From positions 434,001 through 498,000 of the forward strand of contig JALDZX010000009.1 in the NCBI GenBank assembly GCA_022813865.1: 64,000 nt of DNA. Direction: 5' to 3'. The position numbers were made by a program, and so were the translations under genes. Source of the stretch: Xylographa opegraphella. Its lineage: Eukaryota. Under the pieces are notes generated by a model, which saw only the letters and a list, made by a program, of their open reading frames with translations, ran no database searches and was not told the origin of the DNA. Positions 46,416 through 58,771 of the stretch are shown here, in pieces (within the stretch, counting starts at the first letter, position 1; every line of letters begins with the position of its first letter).

Positions 46416-47645
46416 TTAGTCAATCCTCTCTCTCAACCTCCTGATGTGATCCGGCGAAGTCCTACAGCAACCCCCTACCAGAATCCCATGCCACAGTCCT
46501 CGTTGCCTTGTATTTTCGACAATCTCAAATATTTCTTCGTCCCACGACCGTATGCTTTCGCCTTTGCCATCTGTTGTAACTTCCCAAGTCTGCGTGCTGG
46601 TATTGTACTCTTCGTTTGTCGTCCCATCGGGACAGACCACAAGCCAAGGCCATTTGCTGTGTGGAGATCCTCGCAACGATGTACTCGACTCTTCATTTTT
46701 CTCACCTAAACTCAGCCTTCCTTCGGCATCAATACATTCTATAGCATTCTCGAATCCCTCGATCAATGATGCCAGTCGTGACACCTTCGTGCAGTTGATC
46801 CCGATTCCCCAGGGCGTGGATCTTTCCACATACTCACATCGCTCTACCATTATGTCATTCGCCAGCATGGCTTCTACAACACCATAGATGGGAGTTGAAT
46901 CTGGCAATTTCATGTCATCGTTGGGAAACACGCAACTGATGTACCATGGTTTTGGCCGAGCTCCGGAGGGGCCTCCTGACCCATTCGAAGTTGCCATGGC
47001 AGACCGTATAGCGTAGACTTCCTCTCGTAATGGGATTGTCTCGAAAGCCACAAGGTCAATCTCGTTCCAAGTCGACCGATCCTCTTGAAAGACTTTCATT
47101 CGCATCAGGTGCCAGTCTTTCAGCATACCGGATTCAAGAAAGCACTCTGGTTGGTATTTCCCAGTGTATTCTTGTGAAGGCGTCATACAAGCCCCATATG
47201 CGCCGAGACTCAGCGCTACTAGTTTGGCCCTTCCCTGGTGTAGACCTCGCCCGATGTCTGTTACCCGATCGATTGCTTCACGGGCGATATGGACTGCCAG
47301 AATCATTTTGGCGTCTGCAGTTCGCCGGTACTCTAACGCAGGACGATCCCCAGCTATGTCCTTGTTCTTGCTAGTATCAATAGCTTTCGATCCATCCTTT
47401 GCTTGTTGAGCTAAGGTAGCTTCAAAACCATGGTAACTTGCTTGGTAAGTGGCCGTCAGAAGTATGTCGGCACCAGCACCAACGAATGCGCATTGTGCAG
47501 CTAGTAGAGTTTCTGGAGAGTCAATCAGAAGATGAGAGGACCACAAAGGCGTCGACGAAGAGAATTTGACGTTGTAAGGAGAGCCTTCCAGTGTGGTTCC
47601 TAGACCACCATCGAGAAGTAAAATTGGACAGAATGGGCCACTCAT
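46416..47645 (-). CDS. SAM4: Homocysteine S-methyltransferase (Sam4/Mht1 family)
   Basis: LLLDGGLGTTLE, PLWSS, GADILLTATYQAS, SLGAYGA...QEYTGKY, DLVAFETIP, Zn ligands GINC and GGCCRT.P.HI. Confidence 0.93.
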   Translation of the reverse strand: MSGPFCPILLLDGGLGTTLEGSPYNVKFSSSTPLWSSHLLIDSPETLLAAQCAFVGAGADILLTATYQASYHGFEATLAQQAKDGSKAIDTSKNKDIAGDRPALEYRRTADAKMILAVHIAREAIDRVTDIGRGLHQGRAKLVALSLGAYGACMTPSQEYTGKYQPECFLESGMLKDWHLMRMKVFQEDRSTWNEIDLVAFETIPLREEVYAIRSAMATSNGSGGPSGARPKPWYISCVFPNDDMKLPDSTPIYGVVEAMLANDIMVERCEYVERSTPWGIGINCTKVSRLASLIEGFENAIECIDAEGRLSLGEKNEESSTSLRGSPHSKWPWLVVCPDGTTNEEYNTSTQTWEVTTDGKGESIRSWDEEIFEIVENTRQRGLWHGILVGGCCRTSPDHIRRLRERID

Positions 47646-48167
47646 GGTAACATTTGGCAGTAAGACGATGTTTGAAGATGAGAAAGCACGGAATACACTT
47701 AGGACATGGTATAAAAGATATTCAAGTATCGCTCTCTTTCACTAATAAACGTGCACGGATGAGTTACGAAATTCAAGACTCATAGCGCTCTAACACAATT
47801 TAAGTAGGACTGAAGAAGGAGCGACGCCGTCTAACATACCGTAACTAAGTACTTCTGCCCATTTACCGTGTGCTTTCTACTCGGTACTTTATTGATCAGT
47901 TCAAGGAGTGAGTGGAAGAAGCTAGCGCGACTGAAGCCCTGACTAAGATCTCTAGCGCGCCCGCCAAACGTCATAGTGCTGAAACCTCGGCTCGAGACGC
48001 CTTATCCGGACTCTGCATTCTGCCACACGACGAAGTGCAGCCGACTATCATCAGAAGCTGCCTAGACGTCACGCATCACCTCTCCGCACCCTACAAAGTA
48101 TCTCGCCGTTGTTCCTCTCTTGCGTCTTCCTTTCGCGATGGCCTAAGCCACTTCTCCACCGCCCGCC

Positions 48168-49311
48168 ATGCTCGACCCATTCCTCGCCCCCATCCCCGCC
48201 CTCTCCGCGCTCACCGCACCATTCGCCCGCTTCTTCCACCTCACCACCCTTCCCCTACACATCCACGAGCTCCTCATCGCCTTCACCTTCTACTACCTAG
48301 TCAACAGTTATGGCTCGCCATACATCTCCACACGCCTCTTCCCGCGGGAGTACGGCAGCCTAAGCGCGAAGACGCGGCTGAATTGGGATGTGCACGTCGT
48401 GTCGTTCGTGCAGTCATGCATCATCAATTTCCTGGCGCTGTGGGTTATGTGGCGGGATGAGGAGCGGCGGACCATGGACTGGCGGGAGAGGGTGTATGGG
48501 TACACGGGCGGGGATGGCATGATCCAGGGGTTCGCGGCGGGTTACTTCCTGTGGGATCTATGCATCAGCGTGATGCATGTGGATGTCTTTGGATGGGGAA
48601 TGCTGGCGCATGCGGTGTCTGCGCTGATGGTCTTCTCCTTAGGTTTTGTATGTCGCTCACTCAACCTGGTGCTTCCTTGCTCTGGTACCAGTAGTCCTAA
48701 CTAAGGCCTACGTCTATAACGAGATGGGTTATTGCTGACGATTATTACTACAACAGCGTCCGTTCGTTAACTTTTACGCTCCCACCTTCATTCTCTACGA
48801 GCTCTCGTCACCCTTCCTCAACATCCACTGGTTCTGCGACAAACTGCACCTAACCGGCTCCCGCATCCAACTCTACAACGGGCTCGTCCTCCTCGCCACC
48901 TTCTTTTCATGCCGCCTGGTCTGGGGCACCTACCAGTCCCTCCGCGTCTACCAGGACGTCTGGGCCGCTATCCAATCCCCCGGCGCCCTCCCCATCCTCA
49001 CAAACGCCACCACCACCACCACCACCACCACCACGGAAGTAGATCCCCGCAGCGAGATCCTGCGCTTCCAGGGCGATGGTGTCGTTCCCATTTGGCTGGC
49101 GTGCACGTACTTGGGGAGCAACATGGTGCTGAACACGTTGAACTTCTACTGGTTCGGGAAGATGATCGAGGCGGTGAAGAAGCGCTTCCGGCCGGTGAAG
49201 AAGGAGAGTATGGGAGTGAAGGTGGAGGAGAGCGCAAAGGTGGGGGTAAATGGCTCGGCACATCTGGTTGTGGATGTGCAGAAGACGGAGGTGCGCCGGC
49301 GGAAGGGCTGA
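48168..49311 (+). CDS. TLC (TRAM/LAG1/CLN8) domain membrane protein (2 exons)
   Basis: Exons 48168-48647 and 48757-49311; NWDVHVVSFVQS, GYFLWD, MLAHA, RPFVNFYAPTFILYELSSPFLNIHWF.DK, FFSCRL.WG, LNTLNFYWFGKMI. Confidence 0.92.
49009..49032. repeat. (ACC)8 microsatellite encoding poly-Thr in the TLC protein
   Basis: Direct reading of the trinucleotide run in exon 2. Confidence 0.9.
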
Positions 49312-50092
49312 GCGGGGGCTGTGTGGCGGGGGCTGTAATAATTCATGCAGCGCTGAGGCTAGCGAAGTGTGGATAGGTAAGCTGCGGTATGTGTCGATAG
49401 ACTTCACTATGCGATTTCTTACCTACCTTATGTATGCTTGTGGATGCGAGCGAGCGAGCGGGCGAGTATAACGCTTCATATAGGGAGTGCTGCGTGTACA
49501 TCGAACGTGGCTCCGCGCGGATTTCGTCAGTCAGGAGCGTACGGGATATATACACATATATAATTTCGAACCGCAGCTTTAAGAACTTTGTCAATCAGAA
49601 GCGAAAGCGTCCGAGGGAGCATCAGGTGATTTTCCAGTATCAACGCCTATTCCTAGCTCGCGAAATCTATCTACTCCTGCTGGCCCCCCTTGGTTTTCTT
49701 CACGTGTGCTAGAGGTCTTAATTTTCGTGAGCAATGGACGTTGAGCCAGCGGAAGCAGACATGAGTTTTCACATTCAATTGTCCGTTTTTTTGGTCAGTT
49801 CCGTGGGAAGCGTGTTTATTCTCACATCTGACGAGCAAAACTCCAAGCTGCAGCAGCATTTTCAATTCGTATGATAACCTACCTATCACCATACCCGCCA
49901 TTATATTATTTTTCCGCCGCCATATCCTCCATCCTCACATTTATCCTACTCTCCTACCACTTCTATTCTCATACCAAGAAATCATCTCCCCTTTTTCCTA
50001 GAACCCCCCTTCCCAGCGCCTTGCAAATCCCCTATCTCAAGACATCTATATACAAACCATCCACACCTCACCGTCCACCCCCCCCAATCCAC

Positions 50093-50419
50093 TCACGCAT
50101 AATACGCCGTAGTCAGCATAGTAGGCAAGCCCGTAGTATTCCGATGGTGTTTATGATGATAACACACGGCAGACGAGTTCGTACCCGTCGACGCGTTCAC
50201 ATGGTGGCGATGGGAGTGCGAGGACGCATCCGCGCTGCGGTGGTGGTAGGTTATGGCGTAGGCCGTGTGCGGGTGGAGAGTGGCGGGAGCGGTGGTGGTT
50301 GGGAGACGGGTGGCGTTGACGCAGAGGGGGTGCGCCGTGGCCGGGAGGGGCAGGAGGCAGATGGCGAGGGCGAGGGCGAGGAGGATGGTGAGTGTGGAGA
50401 GGGCTATTGTGCTGGACAT
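50093..50419 (-). CDS. Small secreted His/Thr-rich protein (108 aa)
   Basis: N-terminal hydrophobic signal peptide (LTILLALALAICLLPLPATA-HP); His clusters; four N-x-S/T sequons; TATAAA ~135 nt upstream. Confidence 0.65.
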   Translation of the reverse strand: MSSTIALSTLTILLALALAICLLPLPATAHPLCVNATRLPTTTAPATLHPHTAYAITYHHRSADASSHSHRHHVNASTGTNSSAVCYHHKHHRNTTGLPTMLTTAYYA

Positions 50420-50420
50420 G

Positions 50421-50459
<39 letters not shown>

Positions 50460-50492
50460 GTGTGTGTGTGTATATATATATGTATATATATG
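50421..50492. repeat. Compound microsatellite (GT)n(GA)n(TG)n(TA)n abutting the secreted-protein ATG
   Basis: Direct reading of dinucleotide runs. Confidence 0.95.
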
Positions 50493-50553
50493 TTTGTGTG
50501 ATAGTTTTAGGGGCGAGTGGAGAAGTGGAGGGATGGGGGATTCGAGAGGGGTA

Positions 50554-50559
50554 TTTATA
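50554..50559 (-). promoter_or_regulatory. Candidate TATA box for the small secreted protein
   Basis: CTATAAATA on the minus strand, upstream of a pyrimidine-rich leader and the ATG at 50419. Confidence 0.5.
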
Positions 50560-50912
50560 GGGTGGTGGGAACAATGGCATTGATTGAAGAGAATGGAGTG
50601 GTTGATCGGGGTGGTTGAGGAGCGAACAAAGTGACAATGTTGGTAGAAAGCGCATTGTAAGGTTATTAAGGGTGAGTGTGGCATGACAAAGGATTGAGAT
50701 CAGATTGTGGCGAGGCTCTTTGGGCGCACGAGAACAAAGCAAGAATCATCGGCAGAGTAAGCCGTCAATACGTGGAACAAGGAGATTGTATTGCCGGCAG
50801 CTCCGGCGCGTTGATTCTTTGCGCTTTTGTTGGAGAGCGCGCGATGAATGTAGTTTACCTGCATCATGAAGTGTAAAGAAAGAACGGAAGATCCTATGCT
50901 CTCACAGGACTA

Positions 50913-53640
50913 TCATTGAAGGTAAGTAATCTTGGGCTGAAGGTGTCCAGAGACCTTCACTTTGCCGTCTGCCGGCTCAACCTGCAATGTTTTCTTGACT
51001 GTATACGTCTGGTCTGGATCGACGAGCTCGATAGAAACGGTACTGAGGATAGTACCATTAACTAGCAGCTCGAGACCTTCTTCATTCAAATCCTGCGCGG
51101 CCTTCAGTTGCCGATTGATGGGTACGACGGCATCAGGTCGTACCAACAATGGCAGAGTATCGAAGTCATGCTGCTCTGTATACCATTTGCCCCCCTCATA
51201 CACTTTCTTCTGATCAAACCAAGACACCCACTTCATATTCGAACCTTCCTTCGTCCCGCTTAACGGTACATAGAAGCTGACAGTGCCTTCTTCGGTGAAC
51301 ACGGGTGCGACGAGCAAATCGGGTCCGAGGAAGAACTGGGTGTCAACGTTATACGCATTCAGATCTTCTGGAAATTCCAGGAATGTTGCACGCATCAAGG
51401 GTGTTCCTGTACGATGTGCTTCTAATGCGTGTTGCAAAAGGTAAGGTGTTAAAGAGATCTTCAGCTTCACAAAGTCTCGGAGAACTTTGGAGCAATCTTC
51501 TCCGTAGATCCAAGGTACGCGGTATGAAGCGGAGCCATGGAGTCGAGAGTGCGAGCTCAGGAGGCCAAATTGTGCCCAACGTTTGTAAAGCGCTGCTGTG
51601 GGCGTGCCTTCAAAACCCTGTAATAAGCTGTATGATCAGCGCCTTGGACCCCGTAGAGGAACCATCCTGGCCACGAAAGCCGTCCCGTGAGCTGTACTTA
51701 CGCCAATATCGTGAGCCCAAAATCCGAATCCACCGAGGCCGAAGCTCAATCCTCCGCGAAGGCACTCTGCCATTGCCTCGAAAGTGCTCTGAGCGTTTGA
51801 CTTAGGTTAGAGACACAGTCTCATAACTTGAACCGGACATGCACACAGACTACATACCTCGGGATCTCCCGACCAGTGTACGGGAAATTTTTGGCTTCCA
51901 ACAGTCGCACTACGAGCAAAGAGACATCCTTTCGACTCGCCAAGTGCATCAGTGAGCACGTTGTTCACGCAGCGATTGTACAGAAATGAGTAGTAGTTGT
52001 GCATCTTAACAGGATCCGAAGTATCGTGATAGATGATGTTCTTGAACGGCACTCGCTCGCCGAAGTCGGTTTTGAACGAGTCTACACCCATGTCCACGAG
52101 CTTGCGGAGATAGCCTCCATACCACTCGCATGCTTTAGGGTTCGTGAAGTCAACAAGGGCCATACCAGCTCTAAGAATCGTTAGACAGTGCTTGACAGAT
52201 GAACCAAAACAAGGCTTCCACTTACTGCCAATTATCCCATTGGAAGACTTGTCCATTTTTGCGTTTGATAAAGTAGCCTGCTTTCCTGCCCTCTTCGAAT
52301 AAGGGAGAGGCTTGTCCTATGTAAGGATTGATCCACACACATATTTTCAATCCCTGTTCTTTCAATCGCCTCAGATAACCGGCTGCGTCCGGAAATACGT
52401 CTTCGTCAAATTTGAAGTCGCACCACTGTAGTCATGCTCAGCGAGTGTGATCTCAAGTTGGCCGAATTGCATCGCCTGTACCTGAAACGCTTTCATCCAG
52501 AAACAATCGAAGTGAAAGACACCTAGCGGTATATCACGCTTCCTGAAGCCGTCCAAGAAGCTGGTCACAGTTTTCTCGTCATAGCTTGTCGTGAAGCTAG
52601 TGGTGAGCCAGAGGTTGTAGCTCCACGAAGGTGGTACTGCCGGACGTCCAGTAAGAGCTGTGTACTTGTTGAGGATTTCCTTGGGAGTCGGCCCATAGAT
52701 CACAAAGTATTGCAAGCTCTCGCCGAGAGTGGAGATGTTGACTCTTGTGGTTCGCTCCGATTGGACTTCAAAATTCACTTTACCCGAGTCGTTCACAAAG
52801 ATACCGTAGCCTTTCGAGCTTATGTAGAACGGAATGTTCTTGTATGCCAGTTCCGAGGAAGTTCCGCCGTCCTCGTTTGATATGACAATACTCTGCCCGT
52901 TCTTGATGAAGGGCCCAAAGCGCTCCCCTAGACCATATATCTTCTCACCAACGCCAAGGTCGAGCGCTACCAGCATGTAGCCTTCGCTTTCCATAAACAG
53001 GCCATCACGGAACTGAGATTTCTCTGTTGTCTGGTCACGGACATAGCCTATGGATCGGAAGGAATGTGAGGTTATCTTCTCATCGTCCAAGCCAGTATAT
53101 CTAAATCCAAGCTCATTTGGAGCTGCATTGACGGAAAGTTTGAGAGAGCCACTACCGAACTCGATGTTCTCACCCTTTTTGCCGCTGATCGACAATTTTG
53201 GATTGTGGTGATGAAGATGAAAATGCGGGCCGTTTTCTTCAAGATTCCTGATCTAAGTATTAGGCGTCCCGTAGTAAGTCGGCCACATCTAGCAGGAACA
53301 GATTCGTACCAGTGAACGAACTTGACACTGATGACTTCCTTGGCAGGCGAAGTGACACGGGTGGTGATTGTAGCTGGGAAGTTCTGGTTAGAGAGAACAT
53401 AATAGTCAAGTTTGCGTACGGAACATGCCGGTATTGAGCGTATCGCCGCGGTATCGTTGAGGTCTACTGAGAAGCATGTCTAACTTGTGGCCATCATGGT
53501 TAGCCTGCTCGACATGGCCCATCCAGTCGATATGCACTCCTTCCTAGCGGCCAAGTTAGCAACATCTTGTCCTTCCCATCGAACTGATAAACTCATTGTG
53601 GTAGTACTCTTATCCGCCACATTCCTTCGGTAAACTTCAT
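50913..53640 (-). CDS. Glycoside hydrolase family 31 alpha-xylosidase (YicI-like), ~8 exons
   Basis: MKFTEGMW, YGLGERFGPF.KNGQ, NEDGGTSSELAYKNIPFY, WLTTSFTT.YDE, FHFDCFWMK, nucleophile motif KTDFGERVP, HWSGD, WAHDIGGFEG, HSRLHG..SYRVPW. Confidence 0.93.
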
Positions 53641-54691
53641 TGTCAGAACTGTGCCTCCAATTTGCCCAGAGCGGTTTCAGCTTCCATGAAGCACACTGGA
53701 GAGATCTATATGAAGTAATGTGTCTCCGTAACTACAGAAATGCCAGCACTTTTCGGGTGCATAAATGGTACCAGCTTGCCATAAGCTGCCCGCTCGGTCT
53801 TACACCTTTGGATGCCGGCACAGAAGAAATGACCTGATTCAGGCTGAAGTCCTTATCAAGTAGTCTACACGGGAAAACTCCGCTGCATTTATTCCGCGGT
53901 TCGATTACTTGAATGATTGAGGTCTAGAAATAAGGACATTATGAGCGAATAACGCCTCGAGATTAGCTATAATGTGGATTCCAAGAAGTAATGAGCTCGC
54001 CAAATTGCATTTAATTGGAACCCACTCCGTAGGCCGATGGAGTGCGCAGAGTATGTAAAGTTCACAGTCGTCCAACCGCGGTAGGTTTTGCCACAACATT
54101 TACCCAATGTTCACCCACTATATAACTCTAGAATGGAACTATCGAACAGGTCCTAGCCAAGTCTGATGCAATATTCAGAGTATCCTTTGTTGCACTGGTG
54201 TGAGACACAATAGCGCATACAGTTCCTCAGTTGGAAAACCTGAATTCGAGCCCTCCATCATGTAGTTCAATCCCTCCGTGAATATGCACGTTGACCTTCT
54301 GGCACTTTGGCCATCACCCTCCTCAGCAACGTCAGTCTGTCGATGAAAAACAGAAGTATCACAGACCTGAACATCGATGATTAAGCTCACACGTGATGGC
54401 AGCGGCCAGAAGAATTGTGTCGGTTAGTCATTGCTTCGTAGCATACGAAAGTAGCGGCTAAAAACACAACGCAAGCCAAGGCACTCAAAGCGATCCACCA
54501 CAGACTTAGAACAAGGTTGCCTAGGGAGACGTTATACGTATGCGATAGCGTAACAGCCGTAATGGAAAAGAGCATGACGCCCGAATACGCCAGGATGATT
54601 GATCCAACCAAACAGCGGAACCAACCTCGTTTATAAGAATCACGGGGCCAAGCTTCAAGCCCTGTGTCTCGTGCGGGAGTATGAATCAATG

Positions 54692-56134
54692 CTAGAGGGA
54701 CGTGCTGAGTATTCTGAATAGGCTGGAAGCTTGGAGAGTTTGAAGGATTGGTGTTTGTGTTGTGGCCATGGACCGTTCCTTTTCGTGTCTCTGCCCTGAA
54801 TTAACGTGGTAGTAAAAGTTTCGCATGGGTGTCATCGTATTGGAGACCACAGCTTTTGCTCTGGTATGATTATACATCGTGACGTGGGAAGCTAGGAGAC
54901 ATCTTCAAAGATTTTGCATGTGAAAGTCATTCGTGTACCGTAGAATATTTCCGCCATACTCATTATCGGTAAACCAAGTAACAGAATTGGTAGCCACTGT
55001 CCGAAACTCCACACGGCGTTGCCATTGGATTCGTTGGATAGGTGTACCGATGCACTGGCAGTGGACATCAGTATTAGCTTCACCGTGCCGAAAGCGAGTG
55101 CCGAAAACAGCCATAGTATCCTAGAATAGGAACCGATCAGCAGCCGAGCAGTTGCTATCGTTGAGTGGTTATCGGTAGATGTTGAAGAAAAGATTGCTGT
55201 ACTCCCATAGGGTTGACTCAGCTATGTCAAAAAGTGCTCGCAGAAATACGAAAATGATGAAGAAGGTTGTATGGAGGCTCCACCATAACAATTTTGCGGA
55301 TGTATCTTGAATACGACATTGTAAGAGTTCTAGGAAACCTTTTAGCTGGTTACCAGGCTTCAGACGTAGCCATTTCCCGAAAAAGGCGGAGGTGATTCTT
55401 GAGAGCTCGACAAGCCTTGTAACGTAGCTGGAAATCAGGTAAGTTAGGAATATTGCTAGTGTAAGCACACTGTCCGTAGTAACGACCGGGTGGCCGAAGT
55501 TTGTCGGAACGAAGGTCAAGACACAGATTGCGGGAAGGTTGGGGCCAAATGAATCATAGATAGTGGGTAGGAGTGCTACTGTCTGCATGACAGCTAACAC
55601 GATCATTAGAGTGATCCTCCAGCGCCGAGACGCCGCGTTCTGCCAGAAGTACTGCCGTAGAAGAGTCAACGTTGTTAGATGTGTCAGTGATGAGAACCAG
55701 GCAAGTTGTAAAAGAAATTGCCGGTAGTAGACGGGAAGCCCGCCTGACAGCTGTGAGTAGCCTGCACTAAGTATTGCGATACCCGTTACAAGCTGTTGGT
55801 CGCTATACATAAGAACGCCTTTCACGATAGAAGGGCCCCAGTTGGATATATCTAGACGTATACATATACGAAGGAATTTGGTAATCCCTCGATCGATGGG
55901 ATTTCGATCCGCCTCCTGGGAGCAATCAAGAACATAATGGACAAAAATGAGTATAAATGTAAAGTATGCCGTGAACACAAAGCTGATAATCACCTGGTTG
56001 CAGACATCAGAGTACTTCTCCGAGGGCATCATACGAGTACTCACACCAATACCTGCAATATCTGGATTAGTTTGCAGAGGCAGCGAGCTATTGGAGTATA
56101 GAGTTGAACAGGTGACCTGGTTGTAGGTGGCCAT
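54692..56134 (-). CDS. Multi-pass membrane protein of unknown function (4 exons; 3' end uncertain)
   Basis: NPDIAGIG|VIISF, SDQQLVTGIAIL.AGY, LAWFSSLTHLTTL.LLR.YF, STLWE|ILWL, WSFGQWLPILLLGLP; introns ~56044-55995, 55202-55121, ~54938-54892. Confidence 0.75.
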
Positions 56135-58771
56135 TGCCTGATGACGTCTGTCGTCGCTACTGTAGTTTATTCGAGTCACAACCAAAGAAAATTATGGAGA
56201 CAAATTACAATAACAAATTATCAGCTGAAAGTTTTCTTATACGGCCAGTTCAATATAGGAAGCGACATTATACTGCACTGACGAAGATACCCAAATATGC
56301 CCTGCTATGGATCTCGTAGCGGCTAGAATGTTTCGCGGAAGCCCTCTTCATGCACCATACAAGCGCACCCGTCATCAGTGAAGCAAGGACAGCAGTCATG
56401 TCTCGATACATCATTGAATGAGAATACGAAGCCGCCACTTCAACGCGGATGAGATAGAACGAAGTGATCTGCATTTGAGAGTCCAAAACATGGACTGGGG
56501 TTAACCTCCAAATCACCAACAACTAGCGCGCCAAGCAAATGCCAAATCGTTACCCGATACAGGAAGACCAAACATATGCTCTCTGACTAGGTATCTCAAG
56601 GTAACGGAACACTTGATACAGGTGTAGTCCCAGAAAATAGACGAGCGCGAGATCAATTCAAACCCAGTCTCCATGCCAGCAGTGGTCAGTTGCCTGAAAA
56701 TGGATGCTGAAGAGGCTAGAAAAAGACTTGCAGCGAGGTTTATGAGACGAAGGAGAGCTTGTCAAAATCCACCCCTGCCTAAGAAAAGGCCGATAGAAAA
56801 TAAGTAGCGGCATTTCAACCTACTATGTCCGTAGAAACTGTGGGTTCTTCACGCATCGCAGATGAGGAGAATGGAGCAAACACGGTCCCGATGCCTTATT
56901 TCAAACCGGCCATGACAAACATGATCCTGTTGGGAAATCATATCGATGACAGTAATCAGACGTAGACGCTTTTCCAGAGAGTGCAACTTGATGGATCAAT
57001 TTGACAGGTGCACGGTTCCCGACCTCGGCCACCGGCTGTAATCGTCCCAGATTTCCTAGCAGCTGAATACAGTTGGAGATGGTGATATCAAAGAGCAGGA
57101 ATCGGCCTGGACGGGCGATTGCAGACGCGGGTTCAGGATCTACACTGTGACGATGATGAGTAAGATCAACGTCCCATGCTGGGAAGGCGGCTGTGGGCGA
57201 TGCTGGGACACGCGACTATTTTGTTACTATAATCATCTCCAGTACAGGGACACCAAGCTTAGATGCCTTTTATCCACAAGAGTCGTGCAACGTTTAGTTG
57301 TCGTCGAAGAGCGGAACGGAGTAAAAGTCGAAAGATGCAGTTATAACCTATGCGAGATATCTGCCATTGGTAGAAGTTCTGCCTCCGGACAACCGCTGAG
57401 GCCATGCTCTCGCCTAGCGCCCAGCTTGGCGTCATTCGATTGCTGGGCGGCAGGGCCGACTCGGGAGGAACTCGAACGGGTGCATCAACACGATTCCGCC
57501 GCGGCTTTCTGTACCTTCGTATGGGGGGGGGGCTTTGATACACAGCTCATGCGCCGAGGTTGAGTGGTCGAGCCATGCATGAAAGGCACTTCACGACAAA
57601 CAAACTAGCCATGGGGAAGCCCTGGAGGCCCCGCGGTTGCGGTTGTGACCCCAGATCTTGGCAGTCGATCCTCTCTTAGGTACGCTCGGTACGGTCGGTA
57701 GGTAGCCTTTCGTTTGCGCCCGCGGGACATGGGTGGCGGATGACAGTCGGAGCAAAGAGTTGAATGGTCGTTGGCCGCTTAGCCGTGATACGGGCAATAT
57801 CACCGGGCACATCGGAGTAAAGTGGGAACTCCATTGACATGGCGGAATCACGGGCTGAATCACAGGACACTGGAAATGGTGGCGTATATTTCTCGACTCG
57901 GTGATGAGGTGGACGTCCCACATATCGGCTGGTTGGTGCTTCGAATTGGGCCTCTTGCTTCAACCACTGGCCCTCTATGATACTCGTTTCCGCTGTCATA
58001 TCCTTATCGGCACAGGGGGAAAGGTCATGAAATCATTATAGTGTTTGCTTTACAAAGGACGAAACCGTAAGGTGTAACGCGATAACTGCCACTACAACGA
58101 TGCATGTTCCGCCCAAGCAGTCTTTCCACACCGCACATCACACGCCCTTTCTCATCGTCATGCGATCGGGCGACAGACGGCTGATCGCGATGCTAAGCTT
58201 TATTAGCGTGACAACTATGCCACTCTGCGATTAGCGTGGGCTGCCATAGCCCCGCACCCTTGCTGCACTAAGGAATGGCCTCATCGACATTGACGACGTT
58301 GCTCCGAGCACAGCCCGCCAACTCCGCGTGCCAATCAATGTAAGACCCGAGCAGCAACAAAGCAGACAAAGTCCCTACGAAAGTAATCCCCTCACACCAC
58401 CCCCCTCCGCCCACCAACGACACTAAGGGAGTCCTTGGAGGAAAGCTCGAACCCGCCTTGCTGCTCTTGGCAACAGCCTGCACGGGACTACGCTGCCGAC
58501 TAGCTGGAGTAGACCGAGCACATAAAGAAGCTCTTGCACGTCACCATTCCCAAACCCACCACGTTTCGCCCCCTCCATAGCTCGACCGCGTCCACGCAAT
58601 AGTCCATATATTCACTGTCGCAACGTCCGAATCCTCCGACTCACATCCACATCTTCTTCACAATCATCTATCTTCCTTGCGATCGCATAGTGTCACTTCA
58701 CCTATAGCACCCTGTCGTCCACACGTAGCATCACAGCTCCGTCAACAGCCTCGTCTCGACCGTCAGTAGCC

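Noticed and set aside
46416..47645. Homocysteine S-methyltransferase near the CorA fusion, suggesting a SAM-derived signal as in CRISPR-CorA systems
   Set aside because: Ordinary metabolic gene separated by SerRS and another gene; no sequence evidence of linkage.
53890..53915. GGTTCGATT resembling a tRNA T-loop / B box
   Set aside because: Flanks do not form a T-stem or cloverleaf.
56200..58770. 2.5 kb interval with several 70-140 aa ORFs
   Set aside because: No coherent exon chain or motifs; most simply the shared upstream region of the membrane-protein and stomatin genes.
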